Positions 54,308 to 63,526 of a stretch of 64,000 nt of DNA are shown here, piece by piece (position 1 is the stretch's first letter; every line of letters starts with the position of its first letter). Origin of the DNA: a virus (taxonomy: Duplodnaviria > Caudoviricetes); the IMG/VR virus record IMGVR_UViG_2740892280_000002, positions 15,512 through 79,511 of that record. The stretch is one strand, 5' to 3'. The notes beneath the pieces were generated by a model that was not told the origin of the DNA, made no database searches, and saw nothing but the letters and a program-made list of their open reading frames with translations. Position numbers and translations under genes: made by a program.

Positions 54308-55026
54308 TGTTCTCTTCCAAGGCTATCGCAGAGGCGAAAGACCACGCGCGCAAGACATTCCCGGAGGAAATGGTCGGATATATCTCCGGCGACAAATTCG
54401 TGCCGCTAACCAACGTCGCCGACGATCCCGTAGAGGATTTCGAAGTAAGCCCGGTCGAGTGGTTTAAGGCATCTGACGTTGCCGAGGTCTTGATCCATTC
54501 CCATACCAACGGAAACGACTTTCCGTCTCGTATCGATATGGAATCCCAGATCGAAATGGGTATCCCTTGGGGGATTATCGTAACCAACGGCACGGAAGCC
54601 CGAGACCCTTTTTTCTGGGGCGATACGCTTCCCCGCGAAGGGTTGATCGGGCGCGTTTTTCGCCACGGCGTTACCGACTGCTACTCGCTAATCCGAGACT
54701 ACTTCCGAAGCGAAAAAGACGTCGTTATTCCGGATTTTCCACGCTCGCACAAATGGTGGGACAACGGCGAAAATATGTATCTTGAGGGGTTTGAAAAAGC
54801 CGGGTTCGTCGAGATACGAGAGGACGAAGTTCAGCCGGGGGATTGCTTCCTGATGAAGGTCGGGACGCAGGTCCCTAGTCACGCCGGGGTCTACCTCGGC
54901 AACAATACTATTCTCCATCACCTACCCGCTAGACTTTCAAGATCAGAGCCCTTCGGAGGGTGGCTGAAATTGGTAAGTCACTGGGTTAGGTATGTAGATG
55001 CTTCGGACGGTTTACCTTCACGGTAA
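54307..55026 (+). CDS. tail assembly protein K-like (JAB + NlpC/P60)
   Basis: PEE, IHSH....S..D; F..GVTDCY.L.RDY, HAGVYLG...ILHH. Confidence 0.9.
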   Translation: MFSSKAIAEAKDHARKTFPEEMVGYISGDKFVPLTNVADDPVEDFEVSPVEWFKASDVAEVLIHSHTNGNDFPSRIDMESQIEMGIPWGIIVTNGTEARDPFFWGDTLPREGLIGRVFRHGVTDCYSLIRDYFRSEKDVVIPDFPRSHKWWDNGENMYLEGFEKAGFVEIREDEVQPGDCFLMKVGTQVPSHAGVYLGNNTILHHLPARLSRSEPFGGWLKLVSHWVRYVDASDGLPSR

Positions 55027-55585
55027 GTTAGCGAAAGAATTCGGGAAGAAATTCGAGTTTGACGCGAATGATATTGCTGAGATCGGCAGAGCTCTAAACG
55101 CAGTCGTTCCGGGTTTCCGGAAATATGCAATAGACCGGCACTTTCGTATTGTTCGCGGAAATCTTAAGAGCGGCTTTGATATCGATGAAAGCCAGCTAAC
55201 CCTTTCGCTTGGCAATACGTCCGAGATCCACATCTTCCCGGCGGTCAAAGGGTCAGGCGGCAACAACGCCCTCCTTGGGATTGTAAAGGTTGTCGCCGGC
55301 ATCGCTCTCCTCGGTGTTGGTTACTTCCTTCTCGGCGGTACGTTGGCGACCGTCGCTATGGGCCTCGGCGCCAGCCTTGCCTTGTCCGGGGTTGCGTCCC
55401 TCCTAACGCCTCAAGTCCCTCAGCAAGAGCAGCGCGAAGAGCCTGGAAATCAAAACAGCCACCTTTTCAACGGCGCGACGAATACGACGCGGCAAGGGGC
55501 TCCCGTTCCGCTCGTTTACGGAAAAATGAGAACCGGCTCGCACGTCGCCTCTGCCGGCATCACACTTGAAGAGATTCCTGTATGA
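54998..55585 (+). CDS. tail assembly protein I-like
   Basis: RTVYLHG.L...FG, F.G..N...QG.PVPL.YG....GS. Confidence 0.9.
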   Translation: MLRTVYLHGKLAKEFGKKFEFDANDIAEIGRALNAVVPGFRKYAIDRHFRIVRGNLKSGFDIDESQLTLSLGNTSEIHIFPAVKGSGGNNALLGIVKVVAGIALLGVGYFLLGGTLATVAMGLGASLALSGVASLLTPQVPQQEQREEPGNQNSHLFNGATNTTRQGAPVPLVYGKMRTGSHVASAGITLEEIPV

Positions 55586-58500
55586 ACGCCCCTGTTTTAC
55601 ATCGGAACATTATCGGCTCTGGCGGCTCCGGCGGCGGTAAAGGCGGTAGTGGAGGAAGTCGGACACCGGTCGAGGATAGAAACACTCTCCGGTCACGTGC
55701 GACCGTCCGCGCAATCGATATCATCTCAGAAGGTGCTATCGGCGGGCTCGTTGACGGCGCGAAATCTATCTTTTTCGATGATACTCCGCTCCAAAACGAA
55801 GACGGTTCTTTCAACTTCGAAAACGTCTCATGGACGCTTCGGAAGGGTACGCCAGATCAGGATTACATTCCGGGGTTTTCCTCCGTTGAAACCGAGCGCG
55901 GCGTCGGTATCGAGCTCAAGAAAACCGCTCCGCTTGTTCGCCAGATCGTAGATCCCGACGTCGATGCTGTTCGCGTCGCTATTCGTGTTCCGCGCCTTAC
56001 TCTTGCGAACAAAGAGAACGGGGACATTCACGGAACCGAAGTCGAGGTCGCAATCGACATTCAATCGTTCGGCGGGTCCTACAAGCAGGCGACCGTTGTC
56101 CGGATTGCGGGCAAGACTACAAGCCCGTATGAGCGCCAGGTCGTCGTAAACCTCCCGGCGGGCGGAGCTCCTTGGAATATCCGCCTGCGGCGTCTAACTG
56201 CTGACGATCAAACTTCGGAGATCTCCCGGCAAACGTACTGGTCACGCTATACCGAGATCCTCTACGAAAAACTCTCCTACCCGGACTCTGCTCTTGTCGG
56301 TCTAATCCTAGATGCAGAGTATTTCGGTGGAACGATCCCGAAGCGCTCCTATGAAATCTACGGGATTGAGGTCCGTATTCCGTCCAACTATGACCCGATT
56401 GCGCGGACCTATTCCGGGATCTGGAATGGAACATTCAAGACGGCTTGGACGGATAACCCGGCCTGGGTCTTCTATGACATCCTGACAAACGACAGGTATG
56501 GCTTAGGCGAGTTTATCGACACGTCTCAAGTCGATAAGTATGCCCTCTATTCAATCGCGCAATACTGCGATGAATTGATCCCGGACGGCTTCGGAGGAAC
56601 CGAGCCGCGCTTTACCGTAAACGCTGTCATCAATACGAGACAGGAAGCTTACAACCTGATCTCTCAGATCGCGTCTTCGTTCCGGGCAATGCCGTACTGG
56701 CGGACCGGGGCGGTTACGGTCGCTCAGGATAGCCCGAAAGATCCGGTCAAGCTTGTTACGCAGGCCGACGTTATCAACGGCGAATTTAACTACTCCGGCG
56801 TCGGCCTTAAAGCCAAGCCGACAGCCGTCGCCGTAACTTGGAACGATCCCGAATTCCAGTTCAAGCAGACTGTTGAATTCGTCGAGGATCAGGAGGAGAT
56901 CGCTCGCCTCGGGTGGCGTCAAAGAGACGTTCACGCATGGGGTTGTACGTCTCGCGGCCAAGCGCACAGGTACGGGAAATGGATTCTCGATACGGCGCGT
57001 TACGAGACGGAAACCGTAAACTACCGGGCGTCGCTTGATCATACCGATATCGTCCCCGGCGACGTTATTCTAGTTGCCGACCCGTCCTACGCTGGCGTGC
57101 GTTACGGCGGGCGCTTCGTTTCCGTCGACGGCTCCTCGGTCGTTCTCGATGCTCCAATCGAGATAGAGGAAAATCAAACCTACACGATCATCGCCGAGCT
57201 GCCCGATGGCGTAATCGAGGAGCGTAATCTCGTTACGACGCCGGGCGAGACGGATACATTTACGCTTGCGAGCCCGTTCTCGGTCGAGCCTCAAACCGAG
57301 GCGATGTACATCGTTCGCTCAAACGACGTAAACCCGCGACCGTTCCGCGTCCTTTCAATCCGGGAAGCAGAGGCAAATATCTATGAGGTCACGGCGCTCT
57401 TTTATGACGCGACGAAATACGCTCGCGTAGAGCAGGGGGTCTTCCTTGAGACTCCGAGCTTCTCCGACCTCCCGACCGGCCCGGTTGGACGTCCCGGCGA
57501 GATCAACACGGAGGAATATCTCTATAGAAGCATCAACACCGTAAAGGCGGGGATTTCTGTTTCCTGGGCTCCGTCCGACGACAGCCGTGTGCTTTATTAC
57601 GAGCTCCAAATCAAAAGGCCGAATGAACCTGTCTTCGAAAGCATCTATCAAGGCTCTGTCCCGACCGCCGAGGTTTACGATGCCCAATTCGGGCAGTGGC
57701 AGTTCCGCGTCCGCTCTATTACGGCGTTCGGGCAGTTGTCGGCTTGGAGAACTAGCGACGCCGTCCTTGTAGCGGGCCTAGAAGAGCCTCCGGCGGACGT
57801 TGACGGGTTCCGCGTCCAGGTCCTTGGTGATACCGCCTTCCTGCGCTGGAATGGTAATACGGAGCTAGATCTAGCTGGTTACGAGATCCGCTTCTCCTCG
57901 GTTCGCGTTAGCGAAGGCGCGACGTGGGGAACGTCCCAGGTAATCGTTACCAACGTCCCGCCCTCGGCGACTACGGTCTCTCTTCCCGTTAACGTCGGCT
58001 CCTATTCGATCAAGGCTTTCGATACTTCCGGCAAATACTCCCGGAATGCAGCCTTTATCGACAATCAGATTTCGATCAATGAAAACTACAACGCTGTTCA
58101 TAGGATTGTTGAGCATCCGGATTGGAGCGGGGTTTACGGTCCCGATATGACCGTGGTCCTCGATGAGCTGCGTATGGTCGACGGCGTAAGCGAGGCAACC
58201 TACATTCTTGCTGAGCAGTTTGATCTCGGCGAAGTCTTTACGAGCCGCGTAACTCCTCGGATCGTGTCCGGTATCATCAATTACGCAAACGTTATGTCGA
58301 GCTGGGCGCGGCTCTCGGACCTGCTTTCTCTCGCGAACAACGATCCTGACGATGTTACTGTTTCCCTTGAGATCCGGACAACGAACGACGACCCGTCGCT
58401 AACCCCGGTTTGGACGGAATGGGAGCCTCTTATCGTCGGCGATTATACCGCGAGGGCTTTCGAGTTTCGCCTAACCCTTAAATCTATGCGGGAGCGCGTA

Positions 58501-58788
58501 ACGCCGAGTATCCGGGAGCTCGAAATCGAAATCGATATGCCGGACCGGACGCATGGAGAGAAGGATCTAGCCTGCCCTGTTGAAGGGCTTCGGGTTACCT
58601 ATTCCCCGGCCTTCCGCAACGATCCGGCAATCGCGATTGCGGCTCAAGGGCTTGAAACGGGCGATTATTACCTGATCACCAACAAGGGCGATACTGGCTT
58701 CGATATCCAGTTTTTCAATGCGTCAGATGTAGCCATTTTCAGAACTTTTGACTACATCGCAAAAGGCTACGGCAAGAAGGTTAGCTAA
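55582..58788 (+). CDS. tail tip / host specificity protein J-like
   Basis: ISEG.I.G, KLSYP.SA, Y.G.W.GTFK.AWTDNPAWV.YD, GC.SRGQA.R.GKW, FN3 repeats. Confidence 0.95.
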   Translation: MNAPVLHRNIIGSGGSGGGKGGSGGSRTPVEDRNTLRSRATVRAIDIISEGAIGGLVDGAKSIFFDDTPLQNEDGSFNFENVSWTLRKGTPDQDYIPGFSSVETERGVGIELKKTAPLVRQIVDPDVDAVRVAIRVPRLTLANKENGDIHGTEVEVAIDIQSFGGSYKQATVVRIAGKTTSPYERQVVVNLPAGGAPWNIRLRRLTADDQTSEISRQTYWSRYTEILYEKLSYPDSALVGLILDAEYFGGTIPKRSYEIYGIEVRIPSNYDPIARTYSGIWNGTFKTAWTDNPAWVFYDILTNDRYGLGEFIDTSQVDKYALYSIAQYCDELIPDGFGGTEPRFTVNAVINTRQEAYNLISQIASSFRAMPYWRTGAVTVAQDSPKDPVKLVTQADVINGEFNYSGVGLKAKPTAVAVTWNDPEFQFKQTVEFVEDQEEIARLGWRQRDVHAWGCTSRGQAHRYGKWILDTARYETETVNYRASLDHTDIVPGDVILVADPSYAGVRYGGRFVSVDGSSVVLDAPIEIEENQTYTIIAELPDGVIEERNLVTTPGETDTFTLASPFSVEPQTEAMYIVRSNDVNPRPFRVLSIREAEANIYEVTALFYDATKYARVEQGVFLETPSFSDLPTGPVGRPGEINTEEYLYRSINTVKAGISVSWAPSDDSRVLYYELQIKRPNEPVFESIYQGSVPTAEVYDAQFGQWQFRVRSITAFGQLSAWRTSDAVLVAGLEEPPADVDGFRVQVLGDTAFLRWNGNTELDLAGYEIRFSSVRVSEGATWGTSQVIVTNVPPSATTVSLPVNVGSYSIKAFDTSGKYSRNAAFIDNQISINENYNAVHRIVEHPDWSGVYGPDMTVVLDELRMVDGVSEATYILAEQFDLGEVFTSRVTPRIVSGIINYANVMSSWARLSDLLSLANNDPDDVTVSLEIRTTNDDPSLTPVWTEWEPLIVGDYTARAFEFRLTLKSMRERVTPSIRELEIEIDMPDRTHGEKDLACPVEGLRVTYSPAFRNDPAIAIAAQGLETGDYYLITNKGDTGFDIQFFNASDVAIFRTFDYIAKGYGKKVS

Positions 58789-58791
58789 AGA

Positions 58792-60003
58792 ATGGCACAG
58801 GCAAATCTCGGGACGATTGACCCGTCGACCACTAGCGGAACGGATCTTTCAACCCTCCTGAGCAATTTCGACGACGCGGTTACCTCCGGCCACTCTGGGG
58901 CGGCGCGTCCGGCTTACGCTCTCCAAGGGATGACCTGGACGCAGATCGTTTCGGCCTCCCAGCACAACATCATGTATTACGACGGCGACGCCGATATCGA
59001 ATTCGGACGGTTTGACGTTGCAAACAATCGCCTGACGATGCGGCCATACGATCTAGCGACAATCGCAGGTGTTACGGCGGGAGGCGATATCGCTTCAAAC
59101 GGAACCTACTTCCGGGGCGGTGGTAAGCGGGCTATTCAGTTCTCGGATAGCCTGCTCCGTCTCAACCCGGACGGCGATTTCGCAAACGGTATCTTTACAC
59201 CGGGCCTGATCCGGGCGGACGGCGGGGCGTTAGTTGACTCGGTTCGCGGGATCAAGAACGTAACCGGCGATTACGGAACCGTTCAGACCGTCGGCGCTGG
59301 GATTGGTAGCTGGGCCGGTTACAACATCGACGGCAATGCCGCATTTATGTCGAACGGAAGCGGCTACGGGCTCTACGACGACGTCAACAATCAATGGGGT
59401 GTTCTTTGCACTCCTGCCGGTAATACCGACCTTTACGCAGGCGGGGCAGTCAAGGTAACCGCTGACGCTTCGGGCGCGATTGTTCAAGGTCGACTCCACG
59501 CTACCGATCAAATGTACGTCGGCAACAACGGCGGCGGCGATAGCTGGATCCAGTTCTACGACGACAACTCGAATACGTGGCGTTATTTCGGGTGGGACGA
59601 CTCCGCGAATTCCTTCGTCTACGAAGACAACGCAGGAGCCATCAAGTCGATTGGTGCGGCGAATTTTGTCGAGCTGACTCGCGGATCTGGCTGGGCTCAA
59701 AATACTCGCTACAACATAAACCACAACCTCGGCACTACGCCAAACTTTGGCTACGCCTTCCTCAGGTGCAAGACCTCCGAATTCGGATGGTCCGCCGGGC
59801 AGTGGGCGGCGACGGGCACGACCGATAGGTCAAACAACGATGGGAGCCAGTTGGATTTCGGCATCACGATTGGATGGAGCAGCACCCAGGCATGGGTAAA
59901 GACCGGGACCGAGGGGCCGTACCTTCGTCGTCTCGATACGAACGGCTGGATGAAGCCAACAGCAGCAAACTGGGAAATTAAAATCTTGGTCGGGAGTGTG
60001 TAA
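58792..60003 (+). CDS. tail fibre / receptor-binding protein
   Basis: N-terminal anchor with HSG..RP; G/N/W-rich beta shaft; follows J. Confidence 0.75.
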   Translation: MAQANLGTIDPSTTSGTDLSTLLSNFDDAVTSGHSGAARPAYALQGMTWTQIVSASQHNIMYYDGDADIEFGRFDVANNRLTMRPYDLATIAGVTAGGDIASNGTYFRGGGKRAIQFSDSLLRLNPDGDFANGIFTPGLIRADGGALVDSVRGIKNVTGDYGTVQTVGAGIGSWAGYNIDGNAAFMSNGSGYGLYDDVNNQWGVLCTPAGNTDLYAGGAVKVTADASGAIVQGRLHATDQMYVGNNGGGDSWIQFYDDNSNTWRYFGWDDSANSFVYEDNAGAIKSIGAANFVELTRGSGWAQNTRYNINHNLGTTPNFGYAFLRCKTSEFGWSAGQWAATGTTDRSNNDGSQLDFGITIGWSSTQAWVKTGTEGPYLRRLDTNGWMKPTAANWEIKILVGSV

Positions 60004-60473
60004 TGCGAATTTACGTCAAGGAAGATGGATACCTCGATAGTATCCATTACCCATTCGTCGAGAAAGACGGAACCGAGATTTATGCGGAGATTGAAGATCA
60101 ATCTTTGATCCTTGTTGAAGGTGCGCCGGAGCCTGAAAACGGGCTTATGAGGTGGGATTTCGAAGAGGGGAAATGGCTTGAGCCTAGCCCTGAAGTCCGT
60201 AGGGCGGCGATGCCAAGCCTTACCAAGAAGGCGTTCAAGTTTGGTTTGATCGACAACGATATCGATCCCGCCTTGATCGATAGCTATATCGATAGCATCG
60301 CGGACCAAAAGGAACGTATGAAGGCTCGCGTAAACTGGGACGATACAACGACCGTTTCGCGGACCGATGAAATGGTTGTAGCCATTTCCGCAAGTCCTGA
60401 ATTCAATCTTTCTCCTGAGCAGGTCGACGCCATGTGGTCGGACGCCTACCAAAACTACATGGCGGTCATCTAG
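60003..60473 (+). CDS. tail fibre assembly/chaperone-like protein
   Basis: WDFEEGKW, SLT...F..GL, V.R....V position after fibre. Confidence 0.6.
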   Translation: MRIYVKEDGYLDSIHYPFVEKDGTEIYAEIEDQSLILVEGAPEPENGLMRWDFEEGKWLEPSPEVRRAAMPSLTKKAFKFGLIDNDIDPALIDSYIDSIADQKERMKARVNWDDTTTVSRTDEMVVAISASPEFNLSPEQVDAMWSDAYQNYMAVI

Positions 60474-61018
60474 TGCAAATCCTTCTCTGGTTCCTCGCTC
60501 TTCCCGTCTTCATGCTCGCAAATCGCTTTTGCGGGGGTGGCTGGCCGCGTTTATCCGATCCCTTGCCGGGTAGGGCTCTATATTGGGTCTCGCCTGTCCT
60601 TGGCCTGATTGCGGGCCTCTTCTGGGGATGGCAACTCGGCGTTATTGTCGGCGTTGGTTTTTGGCTTTGGCGGATGACCGGCTGGGGTCTTTGGTTTGAT
60701 CTCCATCGGGATGATGAAGAACAGAAAAACGACAAAAGGCATGACGACTTATTCGTAAAGGCGATCAACGCGATTTCGTTCGGCTCGGACTATGTCGCCC
60801 TCTTCTGGCGGCACGCCTTGTTCTTCCTCCCGGTCCCGCTCGCGTGGTTCTTTCTCGCCGGTAACCCTTTCGTAGCTCCTCTTTACGCGGTCGCCTTCGG
60901 CGTCCTCGCTGTTGGCGCTTACGAGCTCCGCTGGCATACCTCTCTCGGCAATACCCTTTCCGAGATGTTGGTCGGCGGTCTTTGGTGGCTCTTTATCGCG
61001 TTCCTGCTGATCTCCTAA
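60473..61018 (+). CDS. multi-pass membrane protein
   Basis: Four to six hydrophobic W/G-rich segments; upstream of endolysin. Confidence 0.65.
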   Translation: MQILLWFLALPVFMLANRFCGGGWPRLSDPLPGRALYWVSPVLGLIAGLFWGWQLGVIVGVGFWLWRMTGWGLWFDLHRDDEEQKNDKRHDDLFVKAINAISFGSDYVALFWRHALFFLPVPLAWFFLAGNPFVAPLYAVAFGVLAVGAYELRWHTSLGNTLSEMLVGGLWWLFIAFLLIS

Positions 61019-61040
61019 GCTAACTCGATATTCCTTCCGG

Positions 61041-61085
61041 ACGCTCCTTTCGCCGTAGGTTTGTAGCCAAAAGCGAAAGGAGCGT
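61041..61085 (+). promoter_or_regulatory. RBS-sequestering hairpin of the endolysin gene
   Basis: acgctcctttcgc / gcgaaaggagcgt perfect 13-bp stem; 3' arm holds AAGGAG; loop contains GTAGCCAAAA. Confidence 0.8.
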
Positions 61086-61090
61086 TTCGT

Positions 61091-61915
61091 ATGTTTACGC
61101 TAAGCGATCTCAAGAAAATTGCGCCTACCGGGCGCGTGTCGATTATGCGAGGCATCGTCGACAACCGGCACATTCTCTTTGATGCCGGGATAAATACGCC
61201 GAAGAGGCTCGCGCACTTTCTTGCGCAAGCGGCTCACGAAACTGCCGGGTTCCGGACGTTGGAGGAGTATGGCGGCTCAGCCTACTTCACGAAGATGTAC
61301 GACCCGTTTGCGCCGAGTGCGCGGGGGCGGAAGCGGGCGAAGCGTCTCGGTAATACTCAGCGCGGCGACGGAGCCCGTTTCCATGGTCGCGGGATCTTCC
61401 AATACACGGGACGGTATAACTACCGCGTCGGTGGCCGGGCGATTGGCGTCGACCTTGAGCGCTACCCGGAAAAGGCGTCGCTCCCGGTTAATTCGGTCAA
61501 GCTTGCGGTCCACTACTGGAATTCGCGCGGGCTCAACCGTTACGCTGATAGGGCGGACACGGCCGCAGCGGTCAAGACGATCACGAAGCGGATCAACGGC
61601 GGCTACAACGGCCTCTCTGATCGCCGCGAGTATTTCCGCCGGGCCTGCAAAGTCCTCGGGGTTGAAATCAAGGTCGCCGGTAAATCGGTAACGAGCTCAA
61701 ACGTCGTCAAGGCGGGTATGGGTCTCGGTGGCTTTGGCCTCGCCGGTATTGCCGAGCAGGTCTCCTCCGGTCGTCAGATTGTTGACGGAACGTCCGCGAT
61801 TTCCCAGTCGCTTGGTTTCGATCCGGTCCTCGGTATCGGGGCGCTCGTGATCGTCGGCCTGGTCGGGTTCATCGTCTATGACCGGTGGTTCAAGTCCCGC
61901 TATGAGGGGGTCTAA
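61091..61915 (+). CDS. endolysin, glycoside hydrolase family 19, with C-terminal hydrophobic segment
   Basis: AHFLAQ..HET.GF..LEE, GRG..Q.TGR.NY, IT..INGG.NGL.DR. Confidence 0.92.
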   Translation: MFTLSDLKKIAPTGRVSIMRGIVDNRHILFDAGINTPKRLAHFLAQAAHETAGFRTLEEYGGSAYFTKMYDPFAPSARGRKRAKRLGNTQRGDGARFHGRGIFQYTGRYNYRVGGRAIGVDLERYPEKASLPVNSVKLAVHYWNSRGLNRYADRADTAAAVKTITKRINGGYNGLSDRREYFRRACKVLGVEIKVAGKSVTSSNVVKAGMGLGGFGLAGIAEQVSSGRQIVDGTSAISQSLGFDPVLGIGALVIVGLVGFIVYDRWFKSRYEGV

Positions 61916-61918
61916 GCC

Positions 61919-62266
61919 TTGCTCGGCGGCAAAGTTATAGAGGTTCTGGTCAGGGCGCTTCCATACGTCCTGGCCGGCATCCTCGCAATCTTCGTTCTCT
62001 TCAAGATTGAGGAGAACGGGAGATTAAAAGCGGATCTCAAAACCGCGAAAGCGGAACTTGCTGCGACTTATGAAGCTGCGGCGAAAAAGGATCTGATTAT
62101 CGAGGCGGATCGCAAGCGGGCGCTCGAAGACTTCCACACAATCCGAGAAATGGAGCGCGAGATCGATGGTCTCGAAACCTACCTTGAAAAAGACCCGAGC
62201 CGTAATCGCGAGTGCCTTGATAGCGCTGACGTTGAGCGCCTGCGCCTCATCTTCGGTGACGACTAA
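61919..62266 (+). CDS. i-spanin (Rz-like)
   Basis: N-terminal TM, coiled coil, C-terminal Cys; follows endolysin. Confidence 0.75.
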   Translation: MLGGKVIEVLVRALPYVLAGILAIFVLFKIEENGRLKADLKTAKAELAATYEAAAKKDLIIEADRKRALEDFHTIREMEREIDGLETYLEKDPSRNRECLDSADVERLRLIFGDD

Positions 62267-62462
62267 GCTCGACCCTCTACCTCCGATCCCGGCTGATCTT
62301 GAGATCTGTTTCGAACAGGCTGTCGGGATCTCTCCGGGGGCAAAATCAAAGGCTGAAGTGATGCGGTTACTCGCTCGCCTTAAGCGCTCCGAGGTCGAGA
62401 AAAGCAAGTGCGGCAAGCGCTTAATTTCCCTCTACGAAAGTGCACGCACTACCGTTCAGTAA
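62166..62462 (+). CDS. o-spanin (Rz1-like lipoprotein)
   Basis: LIALTLSAC lipobox, Pro-rich PLPPIPA, two more Cys; overlaps i-spanin in another frame. Confidence 0.8.
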   Translation: MVSKPTLKKTRAVIASALIALTLSACASSSVTTKLDPLPPIPADLEICFEQAVGISPGAKSKAEVMRLLARLKRSEVEKSKCGKRLISLYESARTTVQ

Positions 62463-62486
62463 GCTGAAACGAAAGGACACCTATCA

Positions 62487-63512
62487 ATGGGGATTTCTGC
62501 CCTCGAAGCAAAAGAGGCTTACGACCAGTGCGGGAGCTATACGGAGGCGGCGAAGATGCTCGGCGTTCATCCGACGACTGTAATGCGGACGATCCGCCGG
62601 GCCGAAGCGACAACCGAAGCAGGCTTCGAAACTCCAGATCTTCCGTCCTCGGTAGCTCCTGTTGAGGAGATTATCGAGCGGCAGATGAAGGCGTACAAGC
62701 GCAAGAGGATCGCAGCCGAAGCCCGGTCTATGGTCGACGTTCAGATCAGGATCGACGGCCCTTATGGTATCGCGCACGGTGGCGATCCTCACCTCGACGA
62801 CAACGGCGCGAACTGGCCTCGACTTCTCCGCGATCTTGAGTGCATCAAGAAAACCGAAGGGCTATTCGGCGCGAACGTCGGCGACGTTACAAACAACTGG
62901 ATCGGTCGCCTTGCCGCGCTCTACGCAAACCAGAATACGACCGAAAACGAAGCCTGGAAACTCGCAGAGTGGTTCATCGAAGAACTCTGCCCGCTCTACC
63001 TTGTCGGCGGCAATCACGACGTCTGGGCCGGAGGCAAAGATCCGCTCAAATGGATGATGGGTCAGCAGCCGGGCGTTCAAGGAGACCACGGGGTCAGGCT
63101 CCGGCTCAAGTCTCCAAGCGGGCGCGATTGCCTGATCAACGCGCGTCACGACTTCCCCGGTAGGTCTCAATACTCGCCGACGTTCGGGCCTGCCAAGGCG
63201 GCGTTTAAGGGTCACGCCTACCATATCCTGACTTGCGGCCATACCCACGTTTCCGGCTATCAAATCGTCAAAAACTCCTTCAACGGGACCGTTTCTCACG
63301 CTCTCCGCGTCGGTGCCTACAAGCAGTTTGACGACTTCGCCGACAAGCTCGGTTTCGATGATCATCACGTCTTCGAATGCCCGGTTACCGTGATCAACCC
63401 GGAAGCCGATGACGAGCGGAAATTCGTCAAGGTTTTCTTTGATCCGGAGGAGGGCGCGGATTACCTCAACTTCGCCCGCACTCGCTACAAACAAGCCAAG
63501 ACAATCCACTAA
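62487..63512 (+). CDS. N-terminal HTH plus calcineurin-like metallophosphoesterase
   Basis: AAKMLGVHPTTV; GD.H, GD, GNHD, H, GH.H motifs. Confidence 0.8.
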   Translation: MGISALEAKEAYDQCGSYTEAAKMLGVHPTTVMRTIRRAEATTEAGFETPDLPSSVAPVEEIIERQMKAYKRKRIAAEARSMVDVQIRIDGPYGIAHGGDPHLDDNGANWPRLLRDLECIKKTEGLFGANVGDVTNNWIGRLAALYANQNTTENEAWKLAEWFIEELCPLYLVGGNHDVWAGGKDPLKWMMGQQPGVQGDHGVRLRLKSPSGRDCLINARHDFPGRSQYSPTFGPAKAAFKGHAYHILTCGHTHVSGYQIVKNSFNGTVSHALRVGAYKQFDDFADKLGFDDHHVFECPVTVINPEADDERKFVKVFFDPEEGADYLNFARTRYKQAKTIH

Positions 63513-63526
63513 CGGAGAGGTGGCTA

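Noticed and set aside
1319-61072. GTAGCCAAAA copies as a CRISPR or mini-array
   Set aside because: Copies are dispersed at gene boundaries with irregular spacing of hundreds to thousands of bases; no repeat-spacer periodicity and no cas genes.
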